The position numbers and the translations under genes are program-made. This document shows, one piece after another, positions 1 through 9,163 of a DNA stretch of 64,000 bases. The stretch is from Promethearchaeota archaeon (GTDB taxonomy: Archaea > Asgardarchaeota > Heimdallarchaeia > Hodarchaeales > Hodarchaeaceae), in NCBI GenBank assembly GCA_048938105.1, contig JBHLMN010000021.1:41699-105698 (forward strand). Reading direction: 5' to 3'. Under the pieces are notes generated by a model. It made no database searches, was not told where the DNA came from, and was given only the letters and a program-made list of their open reading frames with translations. The number at the start of each line of letters is the position of its first letter. Position 1 is the first letter of the stretch.

Positions 1-2207
1 GTCTGATTAGTGGAACCATCCCAATTGTAAAGGACAGTGTCTAGATGAGTATCAGTCACTGCCACATCGATGGTCATTCCCGACTGATGAACTGTGCTGT
101 TGTTGGGAGAGTCTAAGGTAATAACGGGGCTAGTGTCATCTGTAGTAAACACATACTTAACTGTGGTCCAATTCCCAGCACTGTCATTGGCGTAGACGAA
201 TAATGTGTGGGGTACTTCATTAGTAGGCAGGCTGGTTTGATACGGATCGCTCCAAGTCTGATTGGTGTCACCATCCCAATTGTAAAGGACAGTATGAAGA
301 TTCGCATCATCTACTGCTATATCAATACTCGTCCCCGACTGTTGGATTGTGTCATTCCCAGGAGATTCCAAAGAAATTGTTGGAGGAAAATCAATCGTGA
401 ATGCTACCGAGTCATGAACAGTCGTACCTATAATATCACTGCCATAAGCGTGGAGAGTATAAGAACCATCGGGTAATGTTCGCTCCACACTAGCAGTCCA
501 TGTCTGATTGGTGCCATCGACACCAGCTATATAGTACCGGTAATAGGTAACTCGCGTTCCAGTCAACATCACAGTAATCGTGTCTGTATAATATACCTGA
601 GCGATAGGGGTGACAATGGTTAATGTTGGAGGCACTGGAATCGACCGAGGAGACGTATCATTATTAAAAACTGTCCCATCAATGAAATAATTTCCTGACC
701 CACTCCAATCACTCCAGTAATTTTCGTTGAAGGTATTCATCATCCCATTATCCGAGGCTTGAGATGGGCGATAAGCTTGAGCTGGATAACCTAAATTGTT
801 GTCTACAAAATTATTCATGGTCACCGTGGTAGGTCCAGAGGCACCATCAATGTTGAGGCCATAGTTCGTATTGTTATAGATGATATTACCCGACAGATCA
901 GTATTAGTGCTGGATTCCAACCAAATCCCATAATCGCAGTTATAGACGGTATTGTTCGTAATTTTATTATTATAGCAGTTGAGGATAAAGCGAATGCCAC
1001 GATCAGTGTTGTTGGTGCAGGTATTATGATTCAAAACGTTGGAATCACAATGATTACGAATGAAGATGCCATCAATACCGTTGTTGGTACAGATATTGTT
1101 CCTCAGCTTGTTGGAATTACTATAGGTGTTAAAGTAGATACCATACTCACCGTTGCCGGTGCAGGTATTGTTGTTTAGAACGTTGGAATTACTAAAGTAC
1201 CAAACGTGGATGCCAATAAACCTGTTGTTGGTGCAGGTATTGTTACTCAGAGTGTTGGAATCACCATCGTGATGAACGTAGATACCATAATAATTGTTGC
1301 TGCAGGTATTCTTGCTCAGAACGTTGAAAAAAGATCGCTCTCGAATTATGATACCAGCACCAGTGTTGTTGGTGCAGGTATTGTTACTCAGAGTGTTGGA
1401 AAGACACTGATCATAAACGTAGATGCCAGTACCAGTGTTGTTGGTGCAGATATTGTTGCTTAGAGCGTTGGAATCACTAAAGTACAAAACGAAGATGCCA
1501 TGACCAGTGTTGTTGGTGCAGGTATTATTGCTTAGAGCGTTGGAATCACAATCATCGTAAAAGTAGATACCATGACCAGTGTTGTTGGTGCAGATATTGT
1601 TGCTTAGTGCGTTGGAATCACAATCATCGTAAAAGTAGATACCATGACCAGCGTTGTTGGTGCAGGTATTGTTCCTCAGCGTGTTGGAGGAACTATTGTA
1701 AAGGTAGATGCCATAATAACTGTTGGTACAGATGTTACTCCTCAACTGGCCGTTCGTCACATTGTTCAAGAGGATACTTGCGTTACCTATGGCTGTTGCG
1801 TTTATTAGGGTGCAGTTCTCGATGATGAAATGGCTGGTCGTGTTTTCAATCCTGATACAGTTATTAACTTCATTACCATTGATGACCCAATTGGCAATGA
1901 GATAGGGATCTGTTTCAGTGCCATCTGCGCCATTATCTAGAACACCATTATCTATTGTAAAATTCACGTCACCAATGATCATTATTGGATTGTGGGTTAT
2001 TTGCGATGTTATCCCAGCCATTTTTCTTGTAGGGGACAGAGTAGTTGGGTGTGACCCTCTCGTGTTATCAGATAGTGAGTTTTCCTTCGGCTCCATAGAT
2101 CTTTCATTAATTCCCGTCATCGGGAGAAAGAGTACGGTTATGATAACAATCGTAACCACTAGTTTGGGTGTGGTATTCATTAATACAGTTTTATGTCTAT
2201 GTTTCAT
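1..2207 (-). CDS. Secreted/surface protein with right-handed parallel beta-helix (NosD/CASH-like) repeats followed by Ig-like repeats; 3' end runs off the window
   Basis: Not in the ORF track because there is no stop in the window. ATG at 2207 is preceded by AAGGAG (2215-2220). Manual translation gives MKHRHKTVLMNTTPKLVVTIVIITVLFLPMTG (signal-like), then GADGTETDPYLIANW, about ten 24-aa repeats such as GIYFYDDCDSNALSNNICTNNTGH, then NYWSDW and ~85-aa repeats with LYNWDG..NQTW and YANDSAGNW. Confidence 0.88.
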   Translation of the reverse strand, partial: MKHRHKTVLMNTTPKLVVTIVIITVLFLPMTGINERSMEPKENSLSDNTRGSHPTTLSPTRKMAGITSQITHNPIMIIGDVNFTIDNGVLDNGADGTETDPYLIANWVINGNEVNNCIRIENTTSHFIIENCTLINATAIGNASILLNNVTNGQLRSNICTNSYYGIYLYNSSSNTLRNNTCTNNAGHGIYFYDDCDSNALSNNICTNNTGHGIYFYDDCDSNALSNNTCTNNTGHGIFVLYFSDSNALSNNICTNNTGTGIYVYDQCLSNTLSNNTCTNNTGAGIIIRERSFFNVLSKNTCSNNYYGIYVHHDGDSNTLSNNTCTNNRFIGIHVWYFSNSNVLNNNTCTGNGEYGIYFNTYSNSNKLRNNICTNNGIDGIFIRNHCDSNVLNHNTCTNNTDRGIRFILNCYNNKITNNTVYNCDYGIWLESSTNTDLSGNIIYNNTNYGLNIDGASGPTTVTMNNFVDNNLGYPAQAYRPSQASDNGMMNTFNENYWSDWSGSGNYFIDGTVFNNDTSPRSIPVPPTLTIVTPIAQVYYTDTITVMLTGTRVTYYRYYIAGVDGTNQTWTASVERTLPDGSYTLHAYGSDIIGTTVHDSVAFTIDFPPTISLESPGNDTIQQSGTSIDIAVDDANLHTVLYNWDGDTNQTWSDPYQTSLPTNEVPHTLFVYANDSAGNWTTVKYVFTTDDTSPVITLDSPNNSTVHQSGMTIDVAVTDTHLDTVLYNWDGSTNQ
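1000..1720 (-). repeat. Coding tandem repeat, ~72-bp unit (beta-helix rungs)
   Basis: GTTGTTGGTGCAGGTATT-like core recurs at ~72-nt spacing; the units at ~1500-1571 and ~1572-1643 are nearly identical. Confidence 0.9.
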
Positions 2208-2558
2208 TCAAATTCTCCTTCAACTTTTTAATTCATACGCGGAGGGGATTTCAATTAAGTTGGACACAACTACTTATAGTTATGTACTATATATGTTTAT
2301 GACTGTTAACGTAATTCCACTGAGCTAGAAAATCTCTGTGCTCAATCCATCTAATACCTGGGAACAAAATTTCTTCTAAAGAATTGACTTTAGAAAGAGC
2401 AACTTGGATTAAATCTACATCTTGTTTTCCAAAAATTCCACCCAGATTATTCCCAAGTAGATAATCCAAAGATTTTATGTTATCCCTAGATTATAACATT
2501 GATTTTCAAAAATTATAAAAGAATCCAAATTCTTATACTAATATAAGAGTGATCACGG

Positions 2559-2822
2559 TTGCTGAACAAAGAGAAGCTTGAACAGTTATCAGGGGAGGAA
2601 CTAGAACGTTTTTATCAAGAGAAGAAGCTAGAATTAGACAATAAAATTGCCAAGAATCGGAGAGGACGAGGACCATTAGTAAGAAAAGTTGATGAAAAGC
2701 AGAAAGAAGTAGAAAATCTTAAGAATCAAATTTCTGACATTTTAGAAGAGAATCCATAATTAGGAACCCTAGAAGATTTAATATCTGGCGAGTTAAAACA
2801 AGACTTTGTAAATTTAGGATAA
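2559..2822 (+). pseudogene. Truncated duplicate of the 5' part of the coiled-coil gene at 3368-3955
   Basis: LNKEKLEQLSGEELERFYQEKK...NLKNQISDILEENP aligns with LTREKLERMSEEELETLYQQKK...NLKNQISDLLEANP. Similarity continues in frame past the TAA at 2757-2759 (SGELKQDF vs TGELKQGF) to a second stop at 2820-2822. Confidence 0.75.
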
Positions 2823-2851
2823 AGAAAATCTACATTTGGGTGAAGTGATGA

Positions 2852-3055
2852 ATGGAAAACAAGAATTCACAACCTTTACCAAATTCTGAACATCGTAGAA
2901 TTTACACTTTTATTGGAATTCTAATAACTCTTATTAGCTTCTTATTAGTTATAACCTTTAGAAATTCACTCTTAGGATATATTGGACTACTAATGGCACC
3001 ATTTATTGGTTATTTTTTTCAGAAAGGGGGAATATTAAAAAAACCCAGAACCTAG
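2852..3055 (+). CDS. Small two-TM membrane protein, unknown function
   Basis: 67 aa with two hydrophobic segments and a basic C-terminus; GGTGA upstream. Confidence 0.6.
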   Translation: MENKNSQPLPNSEHRRIYTFIGILITLISFLLVITFRNSLLGYIGLLMAPFIGYFFQKGGILKKPRT

Positions 3056-3367
3056 ATTGTTGAATGTTAGTGAGTGATAAGGTGTGAGGGTATCATTTTA
3101 AGTTAATAATAACTTTTGAATGTAAATCTTATTAATTCAACAGCTATTTTATTAATGAAAAAAGGATTATTTCAAACTCCTTTTGGAAAAGAATGTTCAA
3201 GAAGGCATACAATTCATTTATTGTGTAATATATTAGGTTTAAATGACTATATTCAGTGTGAAATGATAAATATTTTATAATTAAGGTCATAGAATGGAAA
3301 TCAATTTAATGTTCTTATTTTTACAAATAATTTAAGAAATCAACTTCTGTAAGGATTATAAGAGTGA

Positions 3368-3955
3368 TTGTGTTTGCTGACAAGAGAAAAACTTGAACGA
3401 ATGTCAGAGGAGGAGCTGGAAACACTCTATCAGCAAAAAAAAGCGGAGTTTGATCAAAAAGTAGGTAAGAATCGAAGAGTTCGCGGATTATTGTCAAGAA
3501 AACTTGATGAAAAACAAAATAGTGTAGCCAATCTTAAGAATCAAATTTCCGATCTTTTAGAAGCAAATCCAGACCTAAAGCTAAAGTATAATTCTTTAAC
3601 TGGCGAGTTAAAACAAGGCTTTGACGACATTGACCAAGATCCTACGCAATTAAGGGAATTAATTCAAGAAACACAAAAAACTCTCTCTCAACTCCAATCA
3701 AAGAGATTACAGATCGAACGAATTATTACTGAAACATCAAACTATAATAAACAACAAAAATCGGTAGAAGAGGAGTTGAACCAAGAAATTGCTTTATTAA
3801 TTTCTAAATTTGAATCTCTTTCTGATATTACAGGTAGACCAGAGTCACTTGAATTAAATCAGCTTTCCCTGGAGTTTAAGTCGGCCCAAGATGAACTCAG
3901 TAATATTGCCAAAGAGATTGAGGACCTCCGTGTAAAGATTCATCAGCAAGGATGA
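3368..3955 (+). CDS. Coiled-coil protein (probable start TTG 3374)
   Basis: E/K/Q/L-rich with heptad pattern throughout. Confidence 0.75.
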   Translation: MCLLTREKLERMSEEELETLYQQKKAEFDQKVGKNRRVRGLLSRKLDEKQNSVANLKNQISDLLEANPDLKLKYNSLTGELKQGFDDIDQDPTQLRELIQETQKTLSQLQSKRLQIERIITETSNYNKQQKSVEEELNQEIALLISKFESLSDITGRPESLELNQLSLEFKSAQDELSNIAKEIEDLRVKIHQQG

Positions 3956-3965
3956 GGTTAAAGTA

Positions 3966-4937
3966 GTGTCGCGTATTCAAGACATTCTTGATATTGAAAA
4001 AGAATTGGAACAAGAAACTGAAACTCATCTTCATATCAAAGCGGATCTATCACGTAAGTTATCTGAATTATCTACCGAAGAATTAGCTTTAACCAATCAA
4101 GTCACTTCCCTCCAAGAAAGGATATCCAAGGGAGAAATAAAAGATAGCACAAAATCATTTGATATCCTTCAGCTTATTGAGACCAAAACACAATTAGAGT
4201 CCGAAATACAAAAATTACAAGAAGAAATCACTCCATTTGAACAGCAGCTAGCTCATTTAAATTCTGAAGGTAGTATTATTAAGTCGAAAATAGAGGCCTT
4301 AAAGAGAGAAAAGCAAGAGCTAGAAGCAAAAGTTCTAGAAATAGAAAGAAAGCAAGCTAAAAATAAACGTGCTAGTAATAAGGTTCAAAACGAGCGAGAA
4401 AGACTCAATAAAATCAGAAAACGAATTGGGAATCAAATAAAAATCAAGGATAATCTTGAGATTTTCCTTAAGACCTTAAATGTTATTCAAGAGGTTGTGA
4501 GTACTTATTCTCCATTAACTGAATCGAAGATTCCTCTGACTGTAACAGAAGAAATCTACGAGCAGATTATTAATTCAAAGAAGAAATTTGATGAAGCTCA
4601 AACAAGTTTTGATCCTAATAATCTAGTTCCATTTTTGATTGATGCAGACGAATCATACCGAAATATTGTATCTGCATTCATTAAGCTGTGTGATAACATT
4701 CCAAATTCATTGTTGGAAAAAGAATTCTCACAGCAGATACTTACACTAGTTGATAAAGGATTTGTGCTAAACACACGTCATTTAAACGCAGTACAATCAA
4801 TGCTATCAAAATTAGAAAAAGGAGTTGAAATTGCACCACTTGCATCCTTTTCTAACGAGATTAAAACCTATTTTGTTGAAAATCTTACATATTTTCGTGT
4901 TACGGGTTGGGTTATTTTAGAACCTCCTCCTTCTTAG
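3966..4937 (+). CDS. Long coiled-coil protein with C-terminal helical domain
   Basis: Heptad-rich first ~170 aa; GAGGT SD; starts 10 nt after the previous gene. Confidence 0.75.
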   Translation: MSRIQDILDIEKELEQETETHLHIKADLSRKLSELSTEELALTNQVTSLQERISKGEIKDSTKSFDILQLIETKTQLESEIQKLQEEITPFEQQLAHLNSEGSIIKSKIEALKREKQELEAKVLEIERKQAKNKRASNKVQNERERLNKIRKRIGNQIKIKDNLEIFLKTLNVIQEVVSTYSPLTESKIPLTVTEEIYEQIINSKKKFDEAQTSFDPNNLVPFLIDADESYRNIVSAFIKLCDNIPNSLLEKEFSQQILTLVDKGFVLNTRHLNAVQSMLSKLEKGVEIAPLASFSNEIKTYFVENLTYFRVTGWVILEPPPS

Positions 4938-5030
4938 AAAAAATTCCTATTTCTCTCTCTAATACAGAGTTTCTGACTTGTTTTACGCGATTGGCTGACA
5001 AATGAATTAAAGATGAATACTAGTGTCATT

Positions 5031-6194
5031 TTATCGATTTAAATAATTTCGGATACGATTAAAAGCTTCTTTGATTTCAGAAGTTGAACGTGAAAAAGCA
5101 ATACGGAGGTAACCCTCTGCTGATGTTCCAAAAGCTGATCCAGGAACCACAGATACATTAGCATTCATCAAAATGTCAATAGCAACATCTTCAGAAGATC
5201 TGTCAGTAAAATCATACTTAACAAAACCGTAAAAAGCCCCATCAATGGCTTTAAGGGATAAACCATCAGTTTTTCGAATTTCTTCCATTAAGGCTCTTCT
5301 TCTTTCTGGAAATATCTTACTTATGTACTCTCTAGCTTGAGCTCTTTCTTTTAAGGCAGTAATACCTCCCCATTGGCAAAAGTTAGTTGGACAGGTTGTT
5401 GTTGCTTGAATTATTTTGAGAATACCTTCTGCGATCTCCGAATTACTGATTGTCCATCCAAGACGATATCCAGTCATACTATATGTTTTAGCGAATCCAT
5501 TAACGACGATAATATTTTGACGCCAATCTTTGAATTCTGTTAACAATGTACGAATTGGAGTATCAATGAAAATATAGTCCCAATAGATTTCATCACTGAT
5601 AATAAAAATATCGTGGTCTTCTACAAGGTCTTTAAGAAACTGAACTTCTTCAGCAGAAAGGAGATGAGAAGAAGGATTATTAGGAGAATTTATCAAAATA
5701 GCTCGTGTTCTTTTATCAGTTACATTAGATAATATTTTATCTTGGTTTAATGAGAAATCAACAGTCATGGGAATAGTAATGGGTTTAACCCCGACTAATT
5801 GCGCCATATCAGGATAACTTACCCAATAAGGTTCAGGAATGATTATATTATCCCCTCTGTTTAAAACTGAATAAAATGATGCGAGTACTCCTTGTTTACC
5901 TCCTGAAGTAATCTTTATTTCGTTGGTAGGGTCTATTGATAATCCAAAATCTTCAAAGTAAAGCGTACTAATGGCTTGACGTAATTCTGGAATACCTGAG
6001 CTAACTGTGTAAGCAGTTTTCCCTTCATTGATTGCTTTAATTGTAGTATCAACAATTGGTTTAAGAGGTTGAAAGTCTGGTTGTCCAATTGAGAGATGGA
6101 TAATATGATGCCCTTCTGACTCTCTTTGCTTAGCCATCGAGAGAAAATGCATTGTTGGAGAACCTTTTAGGATTTTTACTTGGTCTGAAAGCAT
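5031..6194 (-). CDS. PLP-dependent class I/II aminotransferase (aspartate aminotransferase-like)
   Basis: GQPDF, NSPNNPS, SDEIY, GFAKTYSMTGYRLG (PLP lysine), YLRIAF. Confidence 0.93.
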   Translation of the reverse strand: MLSDQVKILKGSPTMHFLSMAKQRESEGHHIIHLSIGQPDFQPLKPIVDTTIKAINEGKTAYTVSSGIPELRQAISTLYFEDFGLSIDPTNEIKITSGGKQGVLASFYSVLNRGDNIIIPEPYWVSYPDMAQLVGVKPITIPMTVDFSLNQDKILSNVTDKRTRAILINSPNNPSSHLLSAEEVQFLKDLVEDHDIFIISDEIYWDYIFIDTPIRTLLTEFKDWRQNIIVVNGFAKTYSMTGYRLGWTISNSEIAEGILKIIQATTTCPTNFCQWGGITALKERAQAREYISKIFPERRRALMEEIRKTDGLSLKAIDGAFYGFVKYDFTDRSSEDVAIDILMNANVSVVPGSAFGTSAEGYLRIAFSRSTSEIKEAFNRIRNYLNR

Positions 6195-6391
6195 ACAAAT
6201 TTCACCATGTTCACTTTTCTAGTAGTATTATGGATTCAAATGGCAAATAATCTAAAATTAAATGTTATATAGAAACTTCTATAAAGAAATACAAAAAAGT
6301 AATGTATTAATACTAAGAAAAATAAGCCAGAAAAAACCATTAAACAAAGAAATTATATATTAATGTAGTTTAAACAACAATTAATTGATGA

Positions 6392-7453
6392 GTGGTTTTC
6401 TTGCAAGTCGAATCAAACTGGGCACTTTTTGTTGAAGGTAAGACTGTACGATGGTCATTTGGTAACCCAGATAATGAATTTCTTACTTTTGTTGTTAATT
6501 TCTTAACAGCTCTTTCCCAAATCGGCGAGGAGCTATTTGGTCAGCATGGTATAGCTCAGATCAACTTTGATGTGAAGAAACATGCTGGATTTCGGCCATC
6601 CGAAGTGTTTGTTGTATCACTAGAGAATAAATTTTTCTTAATTATGAGTGATCCAAGTACCACTATGAAGTTAATTGATGCCTATGGTGGGATTGCTCAA
6701 GAAGTCCAAGAGATTATGAGCGCAGTTCTTGTGGGGCAGGCATCAATGTTGTATGCTCAATGCATCACAGAGCTACCAGATGAAGAGACTCGTGATTATT
6801 TTGAATCTATTTGGCAAAATATCATAGTAGATATTTCAAATAAGTATAGTGAAGATATTGATAAGATTGTGGGTAAAAGTGCTAGTAATTTCTCCATGCT
6901 TTCCTTCGAAGATCTTTTATTCTTACACTATTATTTGCGAAAACAACCTGAATTAACGCGCCCTCTGTCTCCTAAAGGATGGGGCTTAGTTAGTCATATG
7001 TCAGGTGGAGAAATTCCACTCGATTTTCATGTTGAAAAAGATCCTGTTGTTTTAGCTGGTTACTTAGCAATAATTATCGCATTTTTAATGACCCTATTTG
7101 ATTCAAAACCTAAGAGTCTTGTTTTCGGAACGAATAATATTCAGAGTTTGTCTTTCTCCCATGGTGAGGAGTACTTTCTTTCAATTGATGCACCTTTCAT
7201 TGAATTGGCTTTAAATCCAGAATTCTATGACAGTTTTTTCAAAATGCCTGATCAAGTATTAAAAGATTTAGAAGATTCTCTCAAGAAAAGAATTACTGAA
7301 GAAATTTTGATGTCCCAAACCCAAGAATTAGAAGCCATGAACATGAACACTTTATTAGAGAATTACGTTCTTCAATCAAAAACAATCCAATTTCCTAAGA
7401 AGAACGGTATACAAAGGCGAAATCTCCTTGCAAGAATCTTCGGACGATTATAG
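6392..7453 (+). CDS. Hypothetical protein, putative tandem longin-like domains (paralog A)
   Basis: NFLTALSQIGEELFG..GIAQINF and SGGEIPL..EKDPVVLAGYLAIIIAF resemble Asgard longin/roadblock-type segments; paralog of 7478-8518. Confidence 0.55.
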   Translation: MVFLQVESNWALFVEGKTVRWSFGNPDNEFLTFVVNFLTALSQIGEELFGQHGIAQINFDVKKHAGFRPSEVFVVSLENKFFLIMSDPSTTMKLIDAYGGIAQEVQEIMSAVLVGQASMLYAQCITELPDEETRDYFESIWQNIIVDISNKYSEDIDKIVGKSASNFSMLSFEDLLFLHYYLRKQPELTRPLSPKGWGLVSHMSGGEIPLDFHVEKDPVVLAGYLAIIIAFLMTLFDSKPKSLVFGTNNIQSLSFSHGEEYFLSIDAPFIELALNPEFYDSFFKMPDQVLKDLEDSLKKRITEEILMSQTQELEAMNMNTLLENYVLQSKTIQFPKKNGIQRRNLLARIFGRL

Positions 7454-7477
7454 CTTCCAATACTCAAGGATTGGGTA

Positions 7478-8518
7478 GTGATGAGAGTAAATGAGAATTG
7501 GGCAATGTTTGTAAATCTAGACTCGGAAGTTGAATGGGCATTTGGTAATCCCGATGAAGAATTTTTGCAGTTTATTGTTAATTTTCTAAAGGGTCTCGGT
7601 AATATAGGGTCAGAAATCTTTGGGGAGAATTCTGTTGCGTCCATTGAGTTTGAACATACAGGATTCAAATCTTCAGAAGTATTTATTGTATCTTTACAAA
7701 ATAAATTCTTCTTTATCTGCTCTGATCCAGCAATCACACTGAAGCTAATATCAGCAACGGAAGGATTACCCAAAGCAATGGAAGAACACATTGCTGCGGT
7801 ATTGGTGGGACAAGCTGCCGTTCTATTTGCTGACAGTATTTCTAATACTAAAAGTGAGCGGGAAATAGAGATTATTGAAAGAAGTTTTCAGGCGATCATT
7901 TTATCCATCAATCCTTCTCTTAGCGAGAATATTTCCACAATTTGCAGCAAAGCGAGTTCTAATTTTTCAATACTCTCCTTTACTGAGTTATTATCCTTCC
8001 ATTATTACATACGTAAATATGAAACACTAACAGATCAACCAACAGGGTTAGCTCTGATTTCTCATCTCTCTGGAGGGGAGTTACCTTTTTCCTGGAATGT
8101 TGAAAGAGACGTTGTCCTTGCAGGTTATCTTGCAGTAATTTTTGGCTTTATTAAGACCTTATTTGGAGGTTCTGCACAACGTTTAGTCTTTGGTACTCAT
8201 GAATTACGAAAATTAGATTTCATTTATGGAGACGAGTACTTTTTGGCAATTGATTCTTCATTTGCTTTTCTCTGTAAAGATCCCGAATTTTTACCATCTT
8301 TTCTTTCAATCTCCGTTGAAGTGCTAAGAGACTTAGGAACCAATCTAAAACGATATATTATCCGTGAAACGTTAGAACACGCGACAACCATGTTAGAAGA
8401 GTTGAGTCTTAGAACAATCCTCGAAGCCTACCAAAGTCTCTCTATCGATCCTTATTTATCATTTAATCAACAGATTCGTAAAATCCTTAAAGAGATTAGT
8501 ACTGATAATCAAATTTAA
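7478..8518 (+). CDS. Hypothetical protein, putative tandem longin-like domains (paralog B)
   Basis: Collinear with the upstream paralog: NWA.FV, FGNPD.EFL.F.VNFL, SEVF.VSL.NKFF, AVLVGQA, ASNFS.LSF, SGGE.P, VLAGYLA. Confidence 0.55.
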   Translation: MMRVNENWAMFVNLDSEVEWAFGNPDEEFLQFIVNFLKGLGNIGSEIFGENSVASIEFEHTGFKSSEVFIVSLQNKFFFICSDPAITLKLISATEGLPKAMEEHIAAVLVGQAAVLFADSISNTKSEREIEIIERSFQAIILSINPSLSENISTICSKASSNFSILSFTELLSFHYYIRKYETLTDQPTGLALISHLSGGELPFSWNVERDVVLAGYLAVIFGFIKTLFGGSAQRLVFGTHELRKLDFIYGDEYFLAIDSSFAFLCKDPEFLPSFLSISVEVLRDLGTNLKRYIIRETLEHATTMLEELSLRTILEAYQSLSIDPYLSFNQQIRKILKEISTDNQI

Positions 8519-8863
8519 GAAAGATCATCTCTTAAAGAAATATACTGATTCTGAAAAATAATCAGGTTTTTCTATAGAGTGTAGGAGAATAATATCAAAC
8601 AATTTTTTGTTTAAATCTTCGATCTAAATTTTTTATTGTAGATTATCTGTAATATATAACTATACTAATATATTTTGAGATTCTCTCGTCTTAAGTATTT
8701 AGATATCACAAGAAAAACAAAACAAATCTAAATTCTCTTGGGGAATGAGGGATGATTTAATCTGGTAAAGAAGTGTAAATCAGACGTAATAGTACACCAA
8801 AAGCTTTATGAATAGCTTTATTGTATTAACCAGTATATCTAGATAATAAGGAGGATTTACGAT

Positions 8864-9112
8864 ATGTCAGAGAAAATTGGAAATATTGAGAATTTTTATT
8901 CCAAAATAAGTGTCGCTGTTTTGGATATTACTTCTGGTTCTATATCCAAGGGTGATAAGATTGCCATTAAAGGAAGTACTACTGATTTTGAAATGACAAT
9001 TGAATCAATGCAAATTGATCGTGTAGATATTGATTCTGCGTCTGCAGGCCAAAAAATCGGTCTTAAAGTTCCCGAGCGTGTTAGGCCTGGAGATGAGGCT
9101 TTCAAAATTTAG
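8864..9112 (+). CDS. Stand-alone translation elongation factor domain II-like / U32 C-terminal-like beta-barrel protein
   Basis: IG.I.NFYSKISVA, GD.I.IKG.TTDF...IESMQI, AGQ.IGLKV..RVRPGD; strong AGGAGG SD. Confidence 0.75.
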   Translation: MSEKIGNIENFYSKISVAVLDITSGSISKGDKIAIKGSTTDFEMTIESMQIDRVDIDSASAGQKIGLKVPERVRPGDEAFKI

Positions 9113-9163
9113 AGTATATTCAGTTATAATAATTTTGCTGACAATTAGGAATCATATAAATGG

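Noticed and set aside
1499-1645. DGR template/variable repeat pair
   Set aside because: The copies are adjacent in-frame coding units, and no reverse transcriptase gene is present in the window.
1000-1720. Regularly spaced repeats resembling a CRISPR array
   Set aside because: The period is a multiple of 3, the repeats are degenerate and they translate as in-frame beta-helix rungs on the minus strand; no cas genes.
113-2328. Short ORFs from the track (113-310, 207-476, 1206-1463, 1607-1825, 1723-1905, 1918-2328)
   Set aside because: Shadow or alternate-frame ORFs of the long minus-strand surface-protein gene.
3953-3965. Possible selenocysteine/readthrough fusion of the two coiled-coil genes at TGA
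   Set aside because: An in-frame TAA follows two codons later, and the next gene is in another frame with its own SD.
3368-4937. Coiled-coil proteins as soluble chemoreceptors for the che cluster
   Set aside because: No MCP hairpin-tip signature (e.g. IA.QTNLLALNAAIEAARAG) is present.
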